Shown one piece after another: positions 1 to 8,025 of a DNA stretch of 41,266 nucleotides. The position numbers and the translations under genes are program-made. A model generated the notes under the pieces. It had not been told where the DNA came from, searched no databases, and was given only the letters and a program-made list of their open reading frames with translations. Position 1 is the first letter of the stretch. Every line of letters starts with the position of its first letter. Source of the DNA: Candidatus Brocadia sp. (GTDB lineage: Bacteria; Planctomycetota; Brocadiia; Brocadiales; Brocadiaceae). The DNA is taken from assembly GCA_030837935.1 (NCBI GenBank), contig JAUQXU010000041.1:1-41266 (forward strand), given 5' to 3'.

Positions 1-229
1 AGGGGAAAACAAGGGAAACGTGTAAAAGAACCGTATTTTCAGCAAAAACCCAACCTCAAATTTTAAAATGATCTCTTGGTAAGGAAAAAATCGCCCTCGC
101 ACTTTTACAAAAAGTGCGTTTTCGTTCAGACACTACATAAGGTAACATCCTGTCCCTTTGTATCATTCCCACGCACGTGGGAATCCAGGAAATAAAAGGA
201 AAGCTAGATTCCTGCTTTCGCACAGAAGG

Positions 230-2884
230 TCAGATGCTGGTCGCTATTGTCGACAATTCTCTCTTTAAACATGTCGCCTTTTCCTTAGCCTGTTCTATTC
301 TGACCGGAACCAACTCGCGTATAGAACCAAACAGCTTTGCTGATTGTTGTTCATCTACGATACGTGCATAGGCATCTATCGCCTTTTTATAGTACTCTCT
401 CTGTTCTTTCTCGTAGAGCAAGGCTAATTCTTCATAGAGATTGCCAATACGATATTGAGCATTAACCGGTGTTATCCCCTCAAACTTCTCTATGATCTCA
501 TGAAATTTTGTGAGTGCCTTCTCATAATATATTTTTACACCCTCATCATCACCGACATCATAAAGCGCCAGACCCAAATAGTGATATGCCTCTGCCATTG
601 CGTACGAATGTTCTTGCGCCTCTTTCCGGAATCCTTCCTTCAGTTCCTCCAGCATATTTTTATATCTTTTTTCCATCACCTCAACAAGGCTTATACTCAG
701 CGGGATGTCGGCATCTTCCAATTCATTTTGACTTTCTATGATCACTGGCGGGAGAAGTAATTTTGACAGGCTTTCCAAATTCAGACCCTTTACACGATAG
801 AGTTCACTCACAGAGTTAAATTTCTTATTTTCTCTCTTGTATTTGAGAATACAATCTATTTCATCTTTCATCATTTTGAATTCTTTATGTAAGAAGAGAG
901 AGAGTTCATCATCCTTTGCGCCATTCAACTTCTTATATAATCGTAATAATTTAACAAGAATGGCTAATTTGTACGAAGGCCTTTTTCCGTGTAATACAGT
1001 TCTCCTGAAGAAGATAAGCCATGGTTCTCTGCACGAGGATTTTAAATGCCCCTCATTACCATAAAAAACTTCCAATGCGGTTCCTAACTTGTATTTTTCC
1101 AAATTTCCTGACTCTTGATAATTGAGTTCTTTGTATATGTTGTCAATCAGATTAAAATATTCTTCCAGCATATCTTTCATCTGAATAGAATTCACTTTAC
1201 GGTAGAGGCTTAATTGCGGGCTGTAATGTAATGCCTCGCTATAGTATGCAAGGGCCGTCTCGTAGTGTCGGTCATGATAATGCTTATCCCCAAGGTACTC
1301 AAAAAACCTCTTAATCATTATCTTGGATTTAAGCCAAACATCGTCTTTCCGTCCTAAATGACATACCTTTTTAAAATGTTCTATTAAATTTTCTGGTATT
1401 TGGACAGGTTTGTTCGTAAGGGCATCCAACCCCTCAATATATTCGTACAGGGCATCACACTTCTGCAGGAAATCCTCATGAAGGTTTTCGCACGTCCTTG
1501 CTTTTTGTATGCATTCTTTTGCCTTTTGAAACATGCCGAACTCTGCATACGCCTCTCCCAATTGGACGATCAAATCCCTATCCTCCCTGCCACGAGATTC
1601 TGCCAGTTCCTTATATCGCTTTATACATTTACTAATCGCTGTCGTATAAATGACAGGGACAATTTCAAGATTATTGCCAGCAATACGAACTACATGTACT
1701 GTTGTCTCTCCCGTTTCGGGTTCTAATTTTACTCCTGGAACTTCTCTCCCATCTGGGAACCTTATCCACGGAGTCTTTTTAATGACGCTGGCCGTGAAAA
1801 CCATATCTGTACCTTTGGCCAAATCCTTTGAAGTCCAGACGGTATCCCATGTCCTCTCACCTTCCTTCTCTGTACCTGGTCGTACGATTTTAAAATTCCT
1901 TAAAATATCTATTTCGTTCTTCTTGAAGAGATTCCAATTATGTAATTTCCCCAATAACTTTTCATTCTGCACTACATCAGCAGGTAATATTTTTAAGCTC
2001 ATTTCGCCGCCTAATCTTTCAATAATAATGGCGCTTAATATTGCTTCGGGAATCCCACCTACACCGGTGATGAGGTCGACTTCGTTTCTCGCAACGGCAA
2101 GGGTGGGCGTGAGATCATCATCCGAAACGGGAATTAATTGGACGCCAAGCCCATTGAGCGTCTTAATGAGTTTCTCATGCCTTGGCCTGTCCAGGATAAC
2201 AATCTTCATCTCCCTGATTTCATCATGAATACTCTCTGGAGAAATCTCCTTGCCTTTGGCTTTTAATGTGTGTTCTGCCATAAACCTTAAATTTTTTGTA
2301 ATACCATGGATCACATTAACGCCAGCGCCTGTATACTTATTGCCAACAATCGTCTTGACTCCATACATATCGGGAGAATTAAATAACCCCCCTCTTTCAC
2401 TGTATCCAACGGCAAAGATTGCCCCGCCACTGCATCCTTGATTGACGATACACCGGTCGTTTTCAAATGCGCTCGGCACAATATCCGCTTCACCTTCATT
2501 TCCCGTTGGAGTACCGAATTTTTCTCCTATATATAACATGGGCATATATTTCCGTTCACCCTCTGCATTTACCACGTAGGCATTCCACCAGTTGAAACTG
2601 TTATAGATATGCCTGAGCCGCCAGACAACCATATCTCGTATACGGAAGATGTTAAAACTTTCGCCATTTGTACTGAAGTACCGCAAAGACCGCGCCGCAA
2701 CAACCCCAACAGGATGTCTTAATTCATTTCTGTTCACCAATTGAAGGCCTTCTCCGGTAATCTTCAAATTGTACTCTTCGGGAATATATGCCTCGATGAG
2801 ATAATGGTCATCGATCCTTTTGGAGTCAAAACTCGTATCATGTATAAACGTAGTCGTGTTTTTAGTTTTTTTATATTCAACCAT
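230..2884 (-). CDS. GlpX (class II fructose-1,6-bisphosphatase)-like domain fused to TPR repeats and a ComEA-type helix-hairpin-helix
   Basis: GlpX-like motifs AEGERKYMPMLYIGE, VILDRPRHEKLI, VSDDDL, GVGGIPEAILSA; TPR segments (LGEAYAEFGMFQKAKECIQKA, EAYHYLGLALYDVGD, AQYRIGNLYEE); HhH-like KFNSVSELYRVKGL. Start moved to the ATG at 2884 because the ORF-track extension runs through a repeat. Confidence 0.75.
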   Translation of the reverse strand: MVEYKKTKNTTTFIHDTSFDSKRIDDHYLIEAYIPEEYNLKITGEGLQLVNRNELRHPVGVVAARSLRYFSTNGESFNIFRIRDMVVWRLRHIYNSFNWWNAYVVNAEGERKYMPMLYIGEKFGTPTGNEGEADIVPSAFENDRCIVNQGCSGGAIFAVGYSERGGLFNSPDMYGVKTIVGNKYTGAGVNVIHGITKNLRFMAEHTLKAKGKEISPESIHDEIREMKIVILDRPRHEKLIKTLNGLGVQLIPVSDDDLTPTLAVARNEVDLITGVGGIPEAILSAIIIERLGGEMSLKILPADVVQNEKLLGKLHNWNLFKKNEIDILRNFKIVRPGTEKEGERTWDTVWTSKDLAKGTDMVFTASVIKKTPWIRFPDGREVPGVKLEPETGETTVHVVRIAGNNLEIVPVIYTTAISKCIKRYKELAESRGREDRDLIVQLGEAYAEFGMFQKAKECIQKARTCENLHEDFLQKCDALYEYIEGLDALTNKPVQIPENLIEHFKKVCHLGRKDDVWLKSKIMIKRFFEYLGDKHYHDRHYETALAYYSEALHYSPQLSLYRKVNSIQMKDMLEEYFNLIDNIYKELNYQESGNLEKYKLGTALEVFYGNEGHLKSSCREPWLIFFRRTVLHGKRPSYKLAILVKLLRLYKKLNGAKDDELSLFLHKEFKMMKDEIDCILKYKRENKKFNSVSELYRVKGLNLESLSKLLLPPVIIESQNELEDADIPLSISLVEVMEKRYKNMLEELKEGFRKEAQEHSYAMAEAYHYLGLALYDVGDDEGVKIYYEKALTKFHEIIEKFEGITPVNAQYRIGNLYEELALLYEKEQREYYKKAIDAYARIVDEQQSAKLFGSIRELVPVRIEQAKEKATCLKRELSTIATSI

Positions 2885-2945
2885 TTTATAAGAGAGCACA
2901 TCAAAACAATAAAAATTTAGGCATTCGGCAACTTGTATTTGGCCA

Positions 2946-2990
2946 CCACCCCCCTGTCTCCCCAAGTTTACGTGGGGGATTATGGGGGAT
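2946..2990. repeat. C-tract/G-tract palindromic repeat (CCCCC..GGGGGATT..GGGGG family)
   Basis: cccccctgtctccccaagtttacgtgggggattatggggga resembles copies at ~5195, 35440-35520 and inside tsaB. Confidence 0.55.
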
Positions 2991-3062
2991 ATTTAAAATT
3001 CCTTAACATTCCTGGAGAGCGAAGAGGCTCTTCACTCTACAACTACAGATTTGAAACTTTTG

Positions 3063-3734
3063 CTAAAACTTGTCCCTGTATGTTTTGAGCAGGGAATGAC
3101 AAAATAGTTTTGGTAAGCACCTGATGTCCTCTTGTGTATCAATATCTGCCAATGTCTTTAGAATACCGCTGGATAAATTATTTTTCCGTGTTTTTTCAAT
3201 TGTCTGGTTAAATACCTTATCCGTGCTCCAGTCAATATTCACAAACAAATCAACCGCAAGTGTTGACATGCCTAAGAGGTAGTAACCTCCATCCCTGCAT
3301 GGCCCGATGACGATGTCTCTTTCCTTTAATAACTCAAAGGCATTTTCAATTAATGTGCCATCTATCCCCGGACAGTCTGTTCCTATGATTGTACATCGTT
3401 TATAACCTTTGTTTCGGAGCATTTGTTTGAAGGCATAAGACATCCTTTCCCCTAAGTCATAGCCTTCTTGTGGTATATAACGCACGTCTCCTTCCGGATC
3501 ATTGTTGATGAAGGACTTTAACCAGGCTTTGATTTCATTTTCTTTGTCAGAAGGAGTAAAAAAGATGTAAACATCATACATGTCTGGACTTTTTGAGAAA
3601 ATGGTTTTCATGACACCTTCTGCCAGTAGCTTGTAAATTGCACATGCCTTCGCATCACCGATGCCTTTTGCCAGTCGGGTCTTTACTCGTCCAGGTTCAG
3701 GATACTTGAGGAAGACAATGAGGGCATTATCCAT
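3063..3734 (-). CDS. TIGR04282/DUF2064 family glycosyltransferase-like (CofC-like) protein
   Basis: FLKYPEPGRVKTRLA, QEGYDLGERM, IIGTDCP, IGPCRDGGYYLLG, LADIDT; ATG at 3734 preferred. Confidence 0.85.
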   Translation of the reverse strand: MDNALIVFLKYPEPGRVKTRLAKGIGDAKACAIYKLLAEGVMKTIFSKSPDMYDVYIFFTPSDKENEIKAWLKSFINNDPEGDVRYIPQEGYDLGERMSYAFKQMLRNKGYKRCTIIGTDCPGIDGTLIENAFELLKERDIVIGPCRDGGYYLLGMSTLAVDLFVNIDWSTDKVFNQTIEKTRKNNLSSGILKTLADIDTQEDIRCLPKLFCHSLLKTYRDKF

Positions 3735-3777
3735 TTTCACCACCAAAAACTAAGGAAAACTATATAACATACCAGTT

Positions 3778-3860
3778 GAAGTCAGAATAAAAGAATTCAG
3801 GCGGCCAAGTTTCAATTTGTTTCCTGGATTCTGACTCCTGACTGCTGGATTCCGGATTGC
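3778..3860. repeat. Degenerate heptamer repeats (AGTCAGA / TCTGACT) in inverted arrangement
   Basis: gaagtcagaataaaagaattcagg ... cctggattctgactcctgactgctggattc; similar block at 25380-25478. Confidence 0.55.
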
Positions 3861-3863
3861 AAC

Positions 3864-5081
3864 CTATTTTTTCATTACTATCCGAGCAAATCGGCGCTTT
3901 CCCACCTTGAGAATCATGCCAGTTTTTATCTCGATATTCAGCGTAGGATCGTTAACGGAATCATTATTTACGCTTACCCCACCCTGCTGGACCAATCGCC
4001 GCGCCTCACCGTTGGTAGCGGAAAATCCGCACAGGACGATAAGTCTGACAACCCATATCTTGCCATCGGTTAGCTCTTCACCCGATATTTCAACATCAGG
4101 AATTTTATCGGGAAGTTCGTGTTCCTTAAAAATGCGATCAAACTCCGCAGAGGCCGCCTCTGCATCCTTCTTATCGTGATAGCGTTGAACAATTGCCTTG
4201 GCCAGAGATACCTTTGATGCACGCGGGTGGATGTGGACATTAAGGAGATGGTTAATTTCTTTGATACTCAAGTCTGTTGCAAGTTCGAAATACTTGTGCA
4301 TCAGATTGTCAGGGATAGACATGGCCTTCCCAAACATTTCAGTAGGAGTTTCAGTAACGCCGATATAATTCCCCAGACTCTTGCTCATCTTCTTATTTCC
4401 ATCAATTCCTTCAAGGAGTGGCGTGGTCAAAGCAACCTGTGGCTCCACACCTGCATCCCTTTGCAGATCCCTTCCCACAAGCAGGCTGAATAACTGGTCT
4501 GTTCCGCCTAGCTCTACATCACTTTTTACCATAATGGAATCATAGCCCTGCATGAGGGGATAGATGAACTCGTGGACACTAATGGGAATACCGGCACTGT
4601 AGCGCTTGGTAAAATCATCACGTTCCATCATTCTGGCGACAGTCATCTTTGCAGCGAGTTGGATGACATCATGAAAGGTCATCTTTTTAAACCATTCGCT
4701 ATTATACACGACCTCTGTCTTCTTCAAATCGAGAATCTTTCCCGCCTGCGAAAGATAGGTCGTGGCGTTTTCCAGTACTTTTTCATACGTAATCATGGGA
4801 CGCGTTTTGTTGACTCCTGAAGGATCTCCCACCGTAGCTGTATAATCTCCAATGATGAGGATAGCGGTATGGCCGAGTGACTGGAAAGAACGCAATTTGT
4901 GGATAGGGATGGCATTTCCGATATGAATGTCCGGAGCTGTTGGATCGAGCCCTAACTTTATACGGAGCGGTTTGTTCTCTTCGTATGATCTTTTCAGTTT
5001 CTTTATCAATTCTTCTTTTGTAACAATGTCTACCGTTCCGCGCAGTATGACCTCTAGTTGTTCATCGACATCTTTAAACAT
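3864..5081 (-). CDS. tyrS: Tyrosine--tRNA ligase
   Basis: GLDPTAPDIHIGN (HIGH-like), YPLMQGYD, GGTDQ, KMSKS, C-terminal S4 domain; GGAGG RBS upstream. Confidence 0.97.
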   Translation of the reverse strand: MFKDVDEQLEVILRGTVDIVTKEELIKKLKRSYEENKPLRIKLGLDPTAPDIHIGNAIPIHKLRSFQSLGHTAILIIGDYTATVGDPSGVNKTRPMITYEKVLENATTYLSQAGKILDLKKTEVVYNSEWFKKMTFHDVIQLAAKMTVARMMERDDFTKRYSAGIPISVHEFIYPLMQGYDSIMVKSDVELGGTDQLFSLLVGRDLQRDAGVEPQVALTTPLLEGIDGNKKMSKSLGNYIGVTETPTEMFGKAMSIPDNLMHKYFELATDLSIKEINHLLNVHIHPRASKVSLAKAIVQRYHDKKDAEAASAEFDRIFKEHELPDKIPDVEISGEELTDGKIWVVRLIVLCGFSATNGEARRLVQQGGVSVNNDSVNDPTLNIEIKTGMILKVGKRRFARIVMKK

Positions 5082-5348
5082 AGTGCCTCCAGGAGTTCAT
5101 TTATTGTAACAATTTGTTTTTTGAAAGAACTATCCGGTACATGCCGTGTATTTCAGTAAGAGCAAAGCATTTTCTCACATGAGACACACAGCCGTCCCCT
5201 CTTTTTACAGGGAAGAGAAGAAGTCTCCTCTATCAAGACAGAATTCAGGGGGATGTTTGATGCTGGCAAATACTTCAACCTGACAAAGATCGGTAATGCC
5301 TAATTTTATTAAGATTTTTCAAAAAGTTACATTGTTACCGTTTTTCAG

Positions 5349-6125
5349 TTAGAATACCGGAACCTTTCCTTTCAAATAATATTTAAAATAGAGTAAAAAA
5401 ACCAGGGTTAATGAATTGTGTAAGATGTGTACAACGATAGATGCTATGAGAGTTTGTGTCTTCTCATATAAATAACCAAGGAGCATTCCCAGAATAAATA
5501 TTTGTAAGAAGGCAAACATGTCCATGTGTACTGCTGCAAAAAGGGATGCTGTTACCACAATGGCATATCGGCCACCAAAGGAATTTTTCAATGCCGGTTG
5601 CAAAAACCCACGAAACATAATTTCCTCAATAATTGGGGCAACGACAATCCCAAAAAAAATCAAACTCGCCAGGATGAAGAGTGACTTTTCTTCCAGTACC
5701 CACCGAACGACATCTTGCATTTCCGGAGCTTGCCCATAATAGCTGGAGATGAGATTGATGACAAAGCCAGCAAACATTATGAGGGGAAGTGTGATTACAT
5801 ATCGTTTAATGCCTTGTTTTATATTTCCCGGTAAATTTGCTATAGACAAACCCAAGGCAGTAATTGACTGCCGATGTTCAATGCAGACAATGTAAAACAC
5901 ATAGGAGCAAATCAAAACATTCGTAAAAAGGGAAATGAATAAAATCAGACTCCGCTGTCCAATGTTGTTTAGAATATTGAAACCGAGTATTGTGTTGAGA
6001 AATCGTATGATGATCGGCATTCCAACAAACATGAGGATCACGTATACGAGAAATACCTTTATCGTATCCTTTATACTCCAGCGACAGTTCTGTGCAACCC
6101 CTGGTTTGATTTGAGCGCTATTCAC
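5349..6125 (-). CDS. CPBP (CAAX/Abi) family intramembrane metalloprotease
   Basis: Several TM helices; APIIEEIMFRG, FAAVH, HILHN motifs. Confidence 0.9.
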   Translation of the reverse strand: MNSAQIKPGVAQNCRWSIKDTIKVFLVYVILMFVGMPIIIRFLNTILGFNILNNIGQRSLILFISLFTNVLICSYVFYIVCIEHRQSITALGLSIANLPGNIKQGIKRYVITLPLIMFAGFVINLISSYYGQAPEMQDVVRWVLEEKSLFILASLIFFGIVVAPIIEEIMFRGFLQPALKNSFGGRYAIVVTASLFAAVHMDMFAFLQIFILGMLLGYLYEKTQTLIASIVVHILHNSLTLVFLLYFKYYLKGKVPVF

Positions 6126-6516
6126 TTTTAATCATTTGTACAAAAACTTCTCTGCGTCTGGGTCCGTCAAATTCACAAAAATAGATACCCTGCCATGTAC
6201 CAAGGGCTAGTTTACCACCGGTGATAGGCACAGATATTGAGGAACCTACTAAGGTGGCTTTGATATGTGCAGCGGCATTCCCTTCCATATGGGTATAGCG
6301 GCCACTCCAGGGCACCATTCTATTGAGTTCATTTAATATATCTTTCCGAACCGAAGGGTCTGCATTTTCATTGATCGTGACAGCAGCCGTGGTATGGGGT
6401 ATGTACACATAACATATCCCTTCTTTGGTCGCTTGCTTTTCCAGAAGGCTATTCAATTCCGGTGTGATATCGATAAACTCTGCATGAGAATGTGTCGTTA
6501 CCTGAATCTTGTCCAT
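6118..6516 (-). CDS. yjbQ: YjbQ/UPF0047 family protein (secondary thiamine-phosphate synthase)
   Basis: PHTTAAVTINENADP, HMEGNAAAHIK, LGTWQGIYFCEFDGPR; ATG at 6516 fits the family length. Confidence 0.92.
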   Translation of the reverse strand: MDKIQVTTHSHAEFIDITPELNSLLEKQATKEGICYVYIPHTTAAVTINENADPSVRKDILNELNRMVPWSGRYTHMEGNAAAHIKATLVGSSISVPITGGKLALGTWQGIYFCEFDGPRRREVFVQMIKSE

Positions 6517-6578
6517 GGTAGCGGGCAAACCTAACGGTATAAATTGTGACAAATCATTCAAATAAAAAGCAAAATCTC

Positions 6579-6607
6579 ATCGTAATGATTGAGAAATATT
6601 CTGTCAA
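6579..6607 (-). promoter_or_regulatory. Sigma70-type promoter for yjbQ-CPBP
   Basis: Minus strand TTGACA-17 nt-TACGAT. Confidence 0.6.
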
Positions 6608-6981
6608 ATCTATCCAGGCTTTTCGGGTGTTTTTGCGTATTTTTACCTTTTTAGATTTCTTTTGATTTTACCAGTAATTTTAAAGCATTCAAGAAAATTT
6701 AATTCTTGTCTATTTTTGCCCATTTCGGAATGTTTTTATTTTAAGGAAGACTTGGGGTACGGCATAAAATGGGAGGTGAAAAACAAGAGACACGACACAT
6801 TACTATATCCCCATATATTTATAAAAAACAAAAAGGGGGTTTCATGTTCACTCTTTCCAATAAATATCAAGAATTAAAAAGAATGAATATCCGTCCCGAA
6901 ATACCTACGAAAAACAAACGATTATTTTGGTAAAAAATTTAAGGGAATTTGAATTCGACGGGGAGGCTGCTATGTCTCGCA

Positions 6982-7737
6982 TTACTCGTTTCTAACCTTC
7001 ACGGTTACTGTCGTCTTCAAGCCACCAGCGGTCTCAAATTTGACCTTTGCGTTACCGGTCTTCTTCGTAGCTGTAATTGTAACTATGGCCTGGCCGTTAA
7101 CGTTCGTATCTGCACTTTGCGGTGAGATCGATATACGCTTCTTACCGGACTTAATCTTCGCCGTTACTGTTTCACCCACAACCGGGCAACCTTCGCTGCC
7201 TGCCACCGTTACCGTTACGTCACCGTTCTCTTCTCTCTCAAGCTTCAGTGTTTGCGGAGATGCCTTTATAGATTCAGCTTCGCATACAGGCGTAGGTGTT
7301 ACAGCGGGCGTTGCCGCTAACGTGGTAAAGGATTCTTCATTTCCATATGCCGATCCAAGTTTTTCTACTGTGTACATTCTGTAGTAATAAGTTGTAACAG
7401 GTGAAAGCCCACTTATCCTTGCACTCCTTGTGCCTGAAACCATGAGTCCGTCCCCTTCGCACATAGAATTGGTATACAACCTGCTTGCAGTACCATATTC
7501 AAATCCTACACAATATACTAGGTAATATGAGTCATCCGACACAATTGTTCCGTTCAAAGTTGCAGAATTTGATGTTATCTCAGTTGCATCATCCGTTATC
7601 AATGTAAAGGGTGGATTGTATGGTGGTGTTGGTGTAGCTGCTGGAGTGGTCTGTGCAAATGATAAATTTAAGCATAAACCAAAAATGACATAAAAAATTA
7701 AAAAACCATAGGCGATTCTAAAAGATATGTTTCTCAT
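6982..7737 (-). CDS. Exported protein with FN3-like and Ig-like (Big_1-like) domains and Pro/Thr linkers
   Basis: Signal peptide ending SFA-Q; TSNSATLNG..FEYGT..GLSPVTTYYYR..YGNEESFTT; TPAVTPTP linker; VTVTV..GCPVVGETVTA..TNVNGQA; GGAGG RBS before the ATG at 7737. Confidence 0.75.
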   Translation of the reverse strand: MRNISFRIAYGFLIFYVIFGLCLNLSFAQTTPAATPTPPYNPPFTLITDDATEITSNSATLNGTIVSDDSYYLVYCVGFEYGTASRLYTNSMCEGDGLMVSGTRSARISGLSPVTTYYYRMYTVEKLGSAYGNEESFTTLAATPAVTPTPVCEAESIKASPQTLKLEREENGDVTVTVAGSEGCPVVGETVTAKIKSGKKRISISPQSADTNVNGQAIVTITATKKTGNAKVKFETAGGLKTTVTVKVRNE

Positions 7738-7820
7738 AAGCTTGCAGCCTCCTTTAAATTTTTGAAGTTCCTTACAAGGCTCAAGAAGCTTTAAACTAGC
7801 CGCATTGCAAGTAGCATTCA

Positions 7821-7865
7821 AAACAAAAAAACGCCTTTTCTGGATTTCTCCAGAAAAGGCGTTTT
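7821..7865 (-). terminator. Intrinsic terminator between ileS and the exported-protein gene
   Basis: 17-bp perfect stem AAAACGCCTTTTCTGGA / TCCAGAAAAGGCGTTTT, GAAA loop on the minus strand, U-tract. Confidence 0.8.
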
Positions 7866-8025
7866 ATAAAATATTAACTAAAATAAGCATTGTTTGGAAG
7901 GAATATGCCATTCGCTTCCCACACAATTTATTTATGATATCCCAAGCCTCGCTTGACTTTTATCAAAAACCAATTTGTTTATCAAGACTTTTCTTTAGCG
8001 AAGCAAAAGCCAGCAATCAAAATCA

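Noticed and set aside
98-136. Hairpin CGCACTTTT-ACA-AAAAGTGCG and a possible IS/MITE end (ttcgttcagacacta)
   Set aside because: Any partner end or transposase would lie outside the window; cannot be supported here.
5082-5348. T-box leader for tyrS (and likewise ileS)
   Set aside because: No T-box consensus or antiterminator seen; the region holds only a degenerate palindromic repeat, and ileS has just a 17-nt gap upstream.
6662-6877. 71-aa + strand ORF in an AT-rich intergenic region
   Set aside because: TTG start, no RBS, no recognisable motifs.
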